Assembly (NCBI GenBank): GCA_963666205.1
Contig: OY762654.1
Location: forward strand, 1,760,001-1,824,000
Direction of reading: 5' to 3'
Source: Synergistales bacterium
Lineage (GTDB): Bacteria > Synergistota > Synergistia > Synergistales > JAFGMB01
Length of the DNA stretch: 64,000 nt
Shown: in pieces, positions 20,234-29,770 of the stretch
Layout: every line of letters begins with the position of its first letter
How positions within the stretch are numbered: position 1 is the stretch's first letter
Notes under the pieces: model-generated
What the model was told of the DNA's origin: nothing
The model's database searches: none
The model's input: only the letters and a program-made list of their open reading frames with translations
Program-made: the position numbers and the translations under genes

Positions 20234-21400
20234 TTGCCAATTGAATCTGCACGTAAAATGGAAGAAATAAGACCTTCTGCTACAGTGGCAGTTTCAGATA
20301 AAGCAAGAGAACTGGCTCTGGAAGGCAGGGATATCATCAATCTTGGCGGAGGAGAACCGGATTTTGATACCCCGGAGCATGTTACTGAAGCGGGAATAAA
20401 AGCGATAAAAGATGGCAGGACCCATTATGTTTCCAGTCTTGGTATTCCGGAACTCCGAACAGCGGTTTCCAGGAAGCTGTATGTAGAGAATGGTTTAACC
20501 TACACCCCGGATGAAATTATGGTCAATCCAGGTGCGAAGCTTGGGTTATATGCAGCGATAATGGCATTGATCGATCATGGAGATGAGGTCCTGATCTTTG
20601 ATCCAAGCTGGGTTTCATATGATGCCATAATTCGTCTTGCGGGAGGAACACCAGTACATGTACCACTTGACAGGGGAGATAACTTCACCATAAGGAGAGA
20701 GGTTCTTTCAGAAAAGATAACACCCAATTCCAGGATGATCCTTATCAACAGTCCTAATAATCCTACAGGACGTATTCTGACACTGAAGGAGTTAGAGGTG
20801 GTAGCAGCGGCAGCAGAGCAGCACGATCTTTTTGTTCTTTCGGATGAGATATATGAAAAGATAGCCTATGACGGTAATAAGCCGGTAAGTTTTGGGACCG
20901 TGGATGGAATGCTTGAGCGGACCATCGTTATCAATGGTTTTTCCAAGGCCTATGCCATGACAGGTTGGCGTCTGGGATATGTAGCAGCAAAGAAAGCTCT
21001 TATGAAAGAACTTTTGAAAGTACAGCAGCATTCTGTAACATGTGCAGCAGCCTTTACTCAATATGCTGGAGTAGCTGCACTTGAAGGTCCCCAGGAAGTA
21101 ATTGAAGATATGGTCTCTGTTTATGATACCCGTAGAAGGATAATAACTGATGGTCTGAATAGTCTGCCAGGAGTTTCCTGTGAGACGCCTGAAGGAGCAT
21201 TTTATTCTTTCCCGGATATTTCAGGTACTGGAATGTCATCAATGGAGTTTACCAATTTACTTCTTACAGAAGCAGGAGTGGCTGTTACACCGGGCATAGC
21301 CTTTGGAGAATGCGCAGATGGCCACGTAAGACTCTCTTTTGCCAATTCTACAAAGCTCATTGAAAATGCCATAGCTCGAATGAAGACATTGTTAACCTGA
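20234..21400 (+). CDS. Class I/II PLP aminotransferase (aspartate aminotransferase-like)
   Basis: GEPDFDTP, NSPNNPTG, SDEIYE and GFSKAYAMTGWRLG. Confidence 0.9.
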   Translation: MPIESARKMEEIRPSATVAVSDKARELALEGRDIINLGGGEPDFDTPEHVTEAGIKAIKDGRTHYVSSLGIPELRTAVSRKLYVENGLTYTPDEIMVNPGAKLGLYAAIMALIDHGDEVLIFDPSWVSYDAIIRLAGGTPVHVPLDRGDNFTIRREVLSEKITPNSRMILINSPNNPTGRILTLKELEVVAAAAEQHDLFVLSDEIYEKIAYDGNKPVSFGTVDGMLERTIVINGFSKAYAMTGWRLGYVAAKKALMKELLKVQQHSVTCAAAFTQYAGVAALEGPQEVIEDMVSVYDTRRRIITDGLNSLPGVSCETPEGAFYSFPDISGTGMSSMEFTNLLLTEAGVAVTPGIAFGECADGHVRLSFANSTKLIENAIARMKTLLT

Positions 21401-21479
21401 AAGAATCATTTTGAACAGCAATTGAGAGAGCATACAAGTTTTATCGATGAATAGTCAGTTTTCACAGGATTTTTCACTA

Positions 21480-22729
21480 CAAAGGAGGCAGGAAGAAATG
21501 ATAAAGACCAGGAAACTTGTAATGATCCCGGGACCGACTCCGGTGGTTCGTTCGATCCAGGATCAGATGGGCAGGGAAACGGTGGCCTTTGGAGATTCGG
21601 GTTTTGTGGAAGATTTTTCTGAGGTTCTTGCAGATCTTAAAGAATTGTGGAAATGCGATGGAGAAGTGTTTGTGGTGGCAGGGTCGGGAACGTTAGCTAT
21701 GGAAATGGCAATAGCCAATACGACCAAACGTGGTGACAGCATACTGATCTGTTCCAATGGATTTTTTGGTGATCGTTTTATAGATATGTGCGAGAGGAAA
21801 GGCCTTGATGTAGATGTTCTTTCTGCCGAGTGGGGAAGCAGCGTGACCCCTGAAATGGTAGAGGCAAAACTTGAAGAGAAGAAATATGATGCGGTAACGG
21901 TAACCCATGCGGAGACTTCCACTGGAGTTGTAGCGCCGATAGGAGCTATTGGAGAGGTTCTGAAAAAACATCCTGAAACTATTTATATTGTGGATGCGGT
22001 AGCCGCAGCCGCAGGAATAGAAGAGAAGGTAGACCCCATGGGAATAGATATACTTCTTACATGTTCCCAGAAAGCTTTCGGAGTTGCCCCCGGACTTGGG
22101 ATAGTATGGGCCAGCAGAAAGGCAATGGCCAGAAGGGAAAGCCTTGGAAAGATCCCCGAGTCATATATAGATTTTGATAAATGGCTTCCTGTAATGCATG
22201 ACCCCAGGAAATACTGGGGAACTCCTCCCATTAACATGATATGGGCTTTTAAGGAAGCTATCCGCATAATCAGGGAAGAGGGAATAGAGGAGCGATATGC
22301 CCGTCACATAAGGCAGGCAGCGATGTTTGACGGAGCTATGGAAAGTCTTGGTTTTGAAGTGGCAGCCGAGGAAGGATACCGGGCTCCGACCCTTTCTGTA
22401 TATAAGTATCCTGGGGGTGCTGAAGTGGATGATGCCAGTTTCCGATCGGTACTTGGGGAAGAGGGAGTAGAGTCGGCAGGCTGCCTTGGCAAGTACAAGG
22501 GAGTAGCCTTCAGAATGGGTCATATGGGCAATATAGACAAGCACACCCTGGTTTCTGCAATAGCAGCAGTGGAGAGGGCCTGCATGAGATGCGGAGTGGA
22601 GATAGAACCCGGCAGGGCTGTGGGAACCCTTCAGAGGGGTCTCGTCAACGAACACTGATATCCTGCTAAAACATAGGAATTATATAACTGAAAACCTGTA
22701 GGCAAAGAAGTGATTTAAAAAACCGGGAA
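21480..22729 (+). repeat. 1250-bp direct repeat, copy 2
   Basis: Matches 11943-13192. Confidence 0.95.
21498..22658 (+). CDS. Class V PLP aminotransferase, alanine-glyoxylate family (copy 2, identical protein)
   Basis: Translation identical to 11961..13121; same AGGAGG RBS. Confidence 0.9.
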   Translation: MIKTRKLVMIPGPTPVVRSIQDQMGRETVAFGDSGFVEDFSEVLADLKELWKCDGEVFVVAGSGTLAMEMAIANTTKRGDSILICSNGFFGDRFIDMCERKGLDVDVLSAEWGSSVTPEMVEAKLEEKKYDAVTVTHAETSTGVVAPIGAIGEVLKKHPETIYIVDAVAAAAGIEEKVDPMGIDILLTCSQKAFGVAPGLGIVWASRKAMARRESLGKIPESYIDFDKWLPVMHDPRKYWGTPPINMIWAFKEAIRIIREEGIEERYARHIRQAAMFDGAMESLGFEVAAEEGYRAPTLSVYKYPGGAEVDDASFRSVLGEEGVESAGCLGKYKGVAFRMGHMGNIDKHTLVSAIAAVERACMRCGVEIEPGRAVGTLQRGLVNEH

Positions 22730-22760
22730 TGAAGGCATGCCTTTTTCCCGGTTTTTTAAA
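22714..22760 (+). terminator. Intrinsic terminator after aminotransferase copy 2
   Basis: tttaaaaaaccggg-N19-cccggttttttaaa. Confidence 0.78.
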
Positions 22761-22963
22761 GATACAAAACAAACAAGCACCTGCGGGTGTTACGGGCATT
22801 GGGTTTAATGAAGGGCCTGATGTTGAAATGGAGGTACTGTGTTATCCCCCAAAGATACTGAGGAATTGCTTATTGTTCTGAAACAGATGATTGCTACAGG
22901 CCACACTGTCCTTGTATACAGATGGATTGATCCTCTAAAAAGTGAACAAGGGAGGTTCCTGTT

Positions 22964-24178
22964 ATGAAAGACTTTATGTACAGATGTTGTGGATGTGGAA
23001 AGAGTTTTCCCGGAACCAGGCTTCACTTTCGCTGCGAAGATTGTGGAGAACCCATGGAGGTAGATTATGTCCGCCATGGAAAGATTGCCAAAGATTCTTT
23101 TTTGGGAAATACAATATTGGAAAGATTTGCAGATTTTTTCCCCTTTTCCGAAACCTGTAAAAATATATCAATGAGAGAAGGATTTACGCCACTGGTAGAA
23201 TCAGAAAAACTGGAAAACGAGTTCGGAGTCAAAAAAGTATATCTTAAAAATGAAAGTCAGAATCCAACCTGGTCTTTTAAAGATCGTGGTACTGTTGCTG
23301 GATTGAACCATGCTCTTTCTCTGGGATATAAAGCCATAGGAACAGTTTCAACCGGTAATATGGCAGCTTCTGTAGCCGCATATGGTTCGAGGGCGGGATT
23401 AAAAACATTTATCCTTGTTGATCATAAACTTCCCCCGGAAAAACTGAATCCCATCGTAGTATATGGAGCAGATGTAATAAAGGTTGAAGGAGATTATGGA
23501 AATCTTTATTTTGAGAGTCTCAAAATCGGGAAGGACTTGGGGATATATTTCATTAACTCCGATTCGCCCTTCCGGGTAGAAGGATCAAAGACCATAGCTT
23601 TTGAAATATATGAACAGATGAAAGGGGATAATCCTGATTTTGTTATAGTTCCAACCAGTGCAGGAGGCAATATAAGAGGAATAGCTAAAGGTTTTAAAGA
23701 GTTGAAGCAATGTGGCCTGATAGATAATATCCCGATTATTATATGTGCACAGGCTGAAGGTTGTTCCCCCATTGCTTCTGCCTGGGAAAAAGGGGAAAGT
23801 ATGATTAACAGGGTAAACCATCCTGAAACTATTGCCCATGCCATAGAGAATCCATTTCCTCCCAGTGGCAATGAAGTGTTGAGGATGCTGGTTTCTGTAA
23901 AGGGGATGTGTGTATCAGTATCAGACAATGAAATTCTTGATGCCCAGAAGAAACTGGCTCATGAAGGGATCTTTATACAGCCAGCCTCAGCCACCCCCAT
24001 TGCAGTAATGGCAAAACTCAAGGAAAGGGGTTATTGGAAAGGGAATGAAAAAGTGGCTTGTGTTCTTACAGGAAGTGGTTTGAAGTTTACAGCCGTGTTC
24101 GAAAAATTGGGCTTATCCTCCCAAAATTGTAAAATCAGGGAACTGGGGAATGTGATTGCAGAATTAATGGATAAATAG
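22964..24178 (+). CDS. thrC: Threonine synthase-family PLP enzyme (fold type II)
   Basis: N-terminal CxxC..CxxC, EGFTPL, NPTWSFKDRG, STGN, EGSKTIAFE and LTGSGLK. Confidence 0.8.
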   Translation: MKDFMYRCCGCGKSFPGTRLHFRCEDCGEPMEVDYVRHGKIAKDSFLGNTILERFADFFPFSETCKNISMREGFTPLVESEKLENEFGVKKVYLKNESQNPTWSFKDRGTVAGLNHALSLGYKAIGTVSTGNMAASVAAYGSRAGLKTFILVDHKLPPEKLNPIVVYGADVIKVEGDYGNLYFESLKIGKDLGIYFINSDSPFRVEGSKTIAFEIYEQMKGDNPDFVIVPTSAGGNIRGIAKGFKELKQCGLIDNIPIIICAQAEGCSPIASAWEKGESMINRVNHPETIAHAIENPFPPSGNEVLRMLVSVKGMCVSVSDNEILDAQKKLAHEGIFIQPASATPIAVMAKLKERGYWKGNEKVACVLTGSGLKFTAVFEKLGLSSQNCKIRELGNVIAELMDK

Positions 24179-24288
24179 AAACTCTGGAGTTAGTTTTTCT
24201 TTCTGGACATAACTGTAAGGGTGGATAATTAGAACTTCGTCGAATATTGTCTTTTCTTTATGTCATGATAGATTTCTAAAAAGAGGTC

Positions 24289-24975
24289 TTAATTCTGATT
24301 ATTTTTAAATCTTCTGATCGCATCTAGAGTTCTTTCCATGGCTTTTAACAGGTGTTCCTCAACTTTCTGTTGAGCAAGATCAGGATCATGTTTCTTAAAG
24401 GCCTCTATTATCTCAAGATGTTCTTTTGTTATAGTTACTATCACTTCTTCAATCCTGAGATATCCGGTTGCTTTTTCTGTAGTAAAATACATAATCCTTT
24501 CGGATTTCTGCTTCAGGTTTTCAAGGGTTTCTTTTATGAGTTTATTCTCGGTATATTTAAAGAGCAATTCATCAAGCTGTTTTTCTGTTTTGATGTAAAG
24601 GGTCATGTTACCAGGATCTTTAAGGAGGTTCAGAAATTCTGTCTTCAGCTTTTCCAGATCGGAATTTTCGGAAAGATGGGCGACAGACCTGGCGGCACTG
24701 CTTTCCAGGAGAATGCGCAACCCCCATAGATCCCTTACACTGCTTTCATCAACTTGAGTTACGATAGCACTTTTATTTGGGGAAATCTCAACAAGGCCCT
24801 GGCTTTCAAGTTTGAGCAGGGCTTCCCTTACCGGAGTAGTACTGACATCAAATTCATTCGCAAGGCGATCGATCTGAAGGGTTTCTCCCGGTATGTATTT
24901 ATGACTGATTATCATCTGTTTTATGGAATGAAAAATCTGGTCAGACAATTTTATTTTGGTAATTTTATTACCCAT
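24289..24975 (-). CDS. GntR/FCD-family transcriptional regulator
   Basis: LANEFDVSTTPVREAL HTH; C-terminal EHLEIIEA..EHL. Confidence 0.9.
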   Translation of the reverse strand: MGNKITKIKLSDQIFHSIKQMIISHKYIPGETLQIDRLANEFDVSTTPVREALLKLESQGLVEISPNKSAIVTQVDESSVRDLWGLRILLESSAARSVAHLSENSDLEKLKTEFLNLLKDPGNMTLYIKTEKQLDELLFKYTENKLIKETLENLKQKSERIMYFTTEKATGYLRIEEVIVTITKEHLEIIEAFKKHDPDLAQQKVEEHLLKAMERTLDAIRRFKNNQN

Positions 24976-25071
24976 ATGAGCACGCCACTTTCATTCGGAA
25001 AGATGTAAAAAATTATTTATATTATGGATCCTTAAGGGTTTCTTATTAGTGGGATTGAATAGAAATATATG

Positions 25072-25084
25072 TGACATCATATAT
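25072..25084 (-). promoter_or_regulatory. Third copy of the 13-bp motif, upstream of gntR
   Basis: Reverse complement atatatgatgtca, one mismatch to each copy at 18148-18174. Confidence 0.55.
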
Positions 25085-25428
25085 ACTATATTTTAATAAT
25101 TCAAAAAAATCAAGAACATTATTTACCTTCATTGCTGCAGTCTTTTTCTCTGAAAAACAGCCATACTCCCTGTTTCCAACCATCGGTTCTTATATGATTC
25201 GATATAGTCCTGAATCTGTATGGTCCTGATCTGTGGGACATTTGACGACAAAATTATCTATAAGAATAAAAACAGATCATTGAAGGTAAGTTTACACTTT
25301 TCTGATAAACAAGTTATACTACTATAACTTCAGTAATAATTCAATAATATGCTCAGGACAGATATTCTTCTGCTTTTAAATGGTTTTTTAATAAAATTAA
25401 ATCTGCTGATAAAGAAGGTGTATCTTTC

Positions 25429-25806
25429 GTGTCAGAAAAAAATACCTATGTTATCTGGACAAGGGAAACATTGCTGGAAATGGCTGAAAAGGCGACCCAT
25501 GGCAGTAACCCCGAGGGTGGAGTGTCCATCTCTTTTCTTCGTCAGGAGAACGAGTGTGCTGTAAACGTTGTAGAACTGAAGAAGGGGATCCCTTCTCATA
25601 GGCATGTGAGACATGATGAGATAATCCAGATACTTGAAGGAGAGGGAAAAGCCGTAATTGATGGAGAGGAAAAACAACTCAAACCTGGAGATGTACTGTT
25701 CTGCCCGAGAAATATCTCTCATTCCCTCCATTTTCCAGTCAAACTTCTTTCCATATACACACCCTCCTTTGATCCACGGAATCCGGACAGGATCTTCGAT
25801 AATTAA
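25429..25806 (+). CDS. Cupin-domain protein
   Basis: HRH..HDE..LEGEG and LKPGDVLFCPRNISHS cupin motifs. Confidence 0.85.
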   Translation: MSEKNTYVIWTRETLLEMAEKATHGSNPEGGVSISFLRQENECAVNVVELKKGIPSHRHVRHDEIIQILEGEGKAVIDGEEKQLKPGDVLFCPRNISHSLHFPVKLLSIYTPSFDPRNPDRIFDN

Positions 25807-25936
25807 AAGAGAATCATTTAATGGGCTGTCCTGAATGGGATAGCCCATTTTTACAGACAGGTTTCGGGAGTGATCTGTAAAAGGGGCCAAGCGTAATAAT
25901 TTGCAGGACCATAGTGTTTGAAGGGATATGGATAAA

Positions 25937-26278
25937 ATGAAAAAAACCCGCAAGATAAAAATATACATGGAAAGACCCTACTCTTCCGTTTGCTGAAGTA
26001 ATTTCTGCTATGGAGAGGAAGAGATGAAATCCTTTCCCATGAAGGACAGCCGTGTGCTGGTCGGTAATATTCTGGGGAAAATAAGGGAAAAATATGGATC
26101 CAGGGTGAGCATAAACATATATGATCCAAGGTGCTACCTCTGGTTTTTCGATCTTGTAAGGTTCAACGTAAGGGCTACTGAAGCAACATGGATCATGGAT
26201 GGGAAACTTCTGGCCAGGGGCGTTCCATCCTGGGAGGATCTTGAAATATCCATTGATGAAAGGCTTGAGAAAGAATGA
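25937..26278 (+). CDS. Small thioredoxin/ArsD-like protein, candidate selenoprotein (in-frame TGA at 25994-25996)
   Basis: ATG 25937 reads MKKTRKIKIYMERPYSSVC*SNFCYGEEE directly in frame into track ORF 26024..26278; C-terminal WIMDGKLLARGVPSWEDL is Trx-fold-like. Confidence 0.6.
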
Positions 26279-26357
26279 GCTGTGGTAAAATAATCCTGCC
26301 TTAATCGAGTTTTCCATCAGGTTGGTTTCATCCTTTTTCTTTGAAGGTGGGTTTGTT

Positions 26358-29111
26358 ATGACCGGAGACGAAAGAAACAGAATTTCCTCAGAACGGAGTC
26401 CCTCCGTGGAAAAACCCGTCCTTGAAAGTGAAAAGGTGCCCTGCTCTTCTGAAGAGAAAGGTAGCGGCCTCCGTCGGGAGATGCATATACCCCTGGGATT
26501 AAGCAGTCTGATATCCTTCCTCATAACCGATATTCAGGGAGAGGAAGCTTCTATAATGTCAACAAGCAGCGGAGCAGAACGACTTTTCGGTTATGGTCCG
26601 TCTGAAATGGCGGGTCAGCTCCTTTCGTCCATTATGGTTCCAGACAGGGTGTGCCGCCTTCCTGTTATTTTCGGCAAACTATCGGCCACTAAAGAGGGAT
26701 ACAGTTCAGAGACAGTCCTTGCAAAGCGATCGGGAGAACTTTTTCCTGCGCATCTTAAGGTCTATCCTGTGCATGATAAAGATGGTAATGTGGTACAGGC
26801 CCTTTTTTTTATCACCGACCTTTCCTCCCGTAAAAAACTTGAAAAGGAACTCTCCAGGAGCGAGGAAAAATTCCGTATTCTCATTGAGAATTCTCTTGAT
26901 ATCATAACCATCCTTGATCACGATGGAACAGTGACCTATCACAGCCCTTCTGTCAGGGATGTCCTCGGTTATGAAAAGGGTGAACTGCAAAGAGCCAATA
27001 TTTTTGACAACATACATCCTGAAGATTTCCCTGCGACTATGTCCGCCCTCGCTGAAGTATCTAAAGATCCAGGTATTCCAAAGGTCCTTGAACATCGTTT
27101 CAGAGATAGTTCCGGGGCCTGGAAGATATTTGAGAGCCGGGGTAAGGCTCTTATATCCGGTTCTGGCCTTGAAGGGATAATTGTAAATTCCAGGGATATT
27201 TCCGACAGAAAGGAAGCAGAGAGGGAACTTTCCCGCCGTCTTCATTTTGAGGAGACCCTTTCGGAAATATCAACAAGATTTGTCCTGACACAATATCTGG
27301 ATGAAGCGATCAACACTTCCCTTGAACAGCTCGGTCTTTTCAGTTGCGCAAGTCGTGCCTATATTTTTACAATTGACAGGAAATCCGGAACAATGAGCAA
27401 TACCCATGAATGGTGTTACAAGGATATAGAGCCCCAGATAGATCATCTCCAGTTCCTTCCTCTCAATAGCTTTCCATGGTGGATGAAAAGACTTGAAGAA
27501 GATGGAGAGATAGTTATTCAGGATGTATCCAGCCTTCCTCCGGAGGCATCTGCCGAGAAGACTATCCTCCAGGAACAGGGGATAAGATCCATCCTCGTAC
27601 TTCCCTTTTATTGTGCCAATTCGATCAGGGGTTATGTGGGTTTCGACAATGTGATCTCCACCTGGGCCTGGGAAAAGAAGGACATAAGACTTCTCAAGGT
27701 CTATGCACATATCCTTGGCCAGGCTTTTGAAAAAAATGAAACTTTCCGTTCCTATCAGTCCAGCCTCCAGTTCAACCTCAGTCTTCTCAACAGTTCTCCA
27801 AACCCGATAATGGTTCTTGATGCACAAGGTTCAATAACCTATGTAAATCCTTCCTTTGGCAGGGTATCAGGCTATACCTTAAAGGAAGTCAGGGGCATGA
27901 GAGCCCCTTATCCCTGGTGGCCTGAAGATGACGTGGAGGATTGCCTCCGGGAACATGAAGCCCTCTTAAGAGGTAATAGTACAGCAGGAGAGAAACGGTT
28001 TATATCCAGCAAGGGAGAGACTTTCCGGGTTTACATAAATAGCTCTCTTATAAATGGAGAAGAAGGGGAGAACCATTTCCTGGTTAACTGGCTCGATATC
28101 ACAGAGCGGTATCGGGCAGAGAGGGCTCACAGGGCTTCAGAGGAAAAATACAGATCTCTCGTGGAAAACCTGAATGAAATAATTTATTCACTCAACAGGG
28201 AAGGACATATCACTTTTATAAGCCCTGTTGTAAAAGCATTGCTTGGATATGAAACATCGGAGATGGAGGGATGCGCCTTTACTTCCTTTGTTCACGAAGA
28301 TGACAGTTACGCTGTGGAGGCAAGCCTGAAGGACCGGTGGGCTGGCATTCCGGAAAAGTATGAGCTCCGCATGATCAGCAATGAAGGTAAAGTACATCAC
28401 GTGCTGGTTTCGTCAAGACCCCAGTTTGACGGAAATAACGTAGTTGGTGTTATCGGCTCCCTCAGCGATATCACAGCCCAGAGGGAAACGGAGATCAAAC
28501 TGGAGGCAAGTTACAGAAAGCTTGATGAATTGATGGATGGAGCCGCATCTTCCATAGTGTCTCTTCTGGAGATAAGAGATCCCTATTCAGCCGGACATCA
28601 GAGACGGGTATCCATACTCGCTACGGCAATTGCAAAGGAAATGAAGCTTAAGGAAGAACAGGTGGAAAATGTAAGAATTTCCAGCCTTGTCCACGATATA
28701 GGAAAGATCCATATACCAGCTGAGATACTCAGTAAGCCATCAAAGCTGAGAAAAACGGAATTCGAACTTCTCAAGGCTCATCCCCGCTCGGGTTCTGAGG
28801 TCATACATAAATTCGCTTTCCCTGAGATCATCGGAGAAATAGTGCTCCAGCATCATGAGAGATTCGACGGTTCGGGTTATCCGGATGGTCTGAAGGGACA
28901 GGAAATACTGCTTGAGGCCAGGATCCTTGCCGTGGCAGATGTTGTGGAAGCTATGGTTTCCCATAGACCCTATCGTCCGGCCCACAGTTTTGATGAAGCC
29001 CTGGAGGAGATCTCTTCAAAGAGCGGCATTCATTTCGACCCTGAAGTTGTAGTTGCCTGTATCAGTGTCTTTTCAAAAAAAGGGTTCTTCGCAGGGTCTT
29101 CCAGTATCTGA
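26358..29111 (+). CDS. Cytoplasmic multi-PAS/GAF HD-GYP phosphodiesterase
   Basis: Repeated PAS ends (DISDRK, DITER, DITAQR), GAF region, RDPYSAGHQ, HDIGK and HHERFDGSGYP. Confidence 0.9.
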   Translation: MTGDERNRISSERSPSVEKPVLESEKVPCSSEEKGSGLRREMHIPLGLSSLISFLITDIQGEEASIMSTSSGAERLFGYGPSEMAGQLLSSIMVPDRVCRLPVIFGKLSATKEGYSSETVLAKRSGELFPAHLKVYPVHDKDGNVVQALFFITDLSSRKKLEKELSRSEEKFRILIENSLDIITILDHDGTVTYHSPSVRDVLGYEKGELQRANIFDNIHPEDFPATMSALAEVSKDPGIPKVLEHRFRDSSGAWKIFESRGKALISGSGLEGIIVNSRDISDRKEAERELSRRLHFEETLSEISTRFVLTQYLDEAINTSLEQLGLFSCASRAYIFTIDRKSGTMSNTHEWCYKDIEPQIDHLQFLPLNSFPWWMKRLEEDGEIVIQDVSSLPPEASAEKTILQEQGIRSILVLPFYCANSIRGYVGFDNVISTWAWEKKDIRLLKVYAHILGQAFEKNETFRSYQSSLQFNLSLLNSSPNPIMVLDAQGSITYVNPSFGRVSGYTLKEVRGMRAPYPWWPEDDVEDCLREHEALLRGNSTAGEKRFISSKGETFRVYINSSLINGEEGENHFLVNWLDITERYRAERAHRASEEKYRSLVENLNEIIYSLNREGHITFISPVVKALLGYETSEMEGCAFTSFVHEDDSYAVEASLKDRWAGIPEKYELRMISNEGKVHHVLVSSRPQFDGNNVVGVIGSLSDITAQRETEIKLEASYRKLDELMDGAASSIVSLLEIRDPYSAGHQRRVSILATAIAKEMKLKEEQVENVRISSLVHDIGKIHIPAEILSKPSKLRKTEFELLKAHPRSGSEVIHKFAFPEIIGEIVLQHHERFDGSGYPDGLKGQEILLEARILAVADVVEAMVSHRPYRPAHSFDEALEEISSKSGIHFDPEVVVACISVFSKKGFFAGSSSI

Positions 29112-29132
29112 GGAACATATCTCATGGGGTCA

Positions 29133-29672
29133 TCACCGCCATCGACCTCTACCTCCCGGACCCCGGCCATGACCGCCCTTTCTTCCAGGACCGAAACCTG
29201 AACATGGAGGTCCTGCGATGTCATTTTCGGGGAAATTTCTATGGCATTCATCGCAGACGGCCGCTATTTCCAGTGTCTGGGGGAGGAAGTGAAATGCCTC
29301 TTCCTCAACCCATTTCCTGACCATAGCCTCTTTGCCTGTTTCATCCTCCATGTGTATTACCTTGCCGCAGATCCTGCAGTATACGTGAAAGTGCATCTTT
29401 TGACCTGGAAGTTCAAAACGGTAAAACCCTTCCTCCAAATTAACCAGGTTCAGGAGCCCAAGCCTGGATAGAAGGTTTACAGTACGGTAGATGGTGGCGA
29501 TCCCGATAGTCGGGTCCTCTGCCTGCGCCAATTCCCTGAGATCGTTAACGCTGCAATGTTTTCCCGAGTTTTCGATGAGGGTCCTTATGATGATTTCCCG
29601 CTGACTGGTAAGGCGGAAGCCCCTTTTTTTCAGTTCTTCCCTATATTGGTCGCTCAGCTTTCCAGGTAACAT
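29133..29672 (-). CDS. fur: Fur-family transcriptional regulator with Gly/Arg-rich C-terminal tail
   Basis: RLTSQR, IGIATIYRT, HFHVYCRICG and CDEC motifs. Confidence 0.88.
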   Translation of the reverse strand: MLPGKLSDQYREELKKRGFRLTSQREIIIRTLIENSGKHCSVNDLRELAQAEDPTIGIATIYRTVNLLSRLGLLNLVNLEEGFYRFELPGQKMHFHVYCRICGKVIHMEDETGKEAMVRKWVEEEAFHFLPQTLEIAAVCDECHRNFPENDIAGPPCSGFGPGRKGGHGRGPGGRGRWR

Positions 29673-29721
29673 CTTGTTCCTCCAGAAGGTTATGTTCTCT
29701 TTATGAATTTTACATTGACCC

Positions 29722-29770
29722 TTGACAATATAACATATACAGGTCTAGAATGCTAATGATAATCATTATC
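29722..29770 (+). promoter_or_regulatory. Sigma70 promoter with a Fur box immediately after the -10 element
   Basis: ttgaca(29722)..tagaat(29746); GCTAATGATAATCATTATC at 29752-29770 matches the classical Fur box at 18/19. Confidence 0.85.

Noticed and set aside
11943-22729. Composite transposon interpretation of the direct repeats
   Set aside because: The repeat encodes an aminotransferase; no transposase, terminal inverted repeats or target-site duplication were seen.
25814-26524. 236-aa minus-strand ORF
   Set aside because: It overlaps the plus-strand Trx-like gene and the HD-GYP start, and has no recognisable motif; treated as a shadow ORF.
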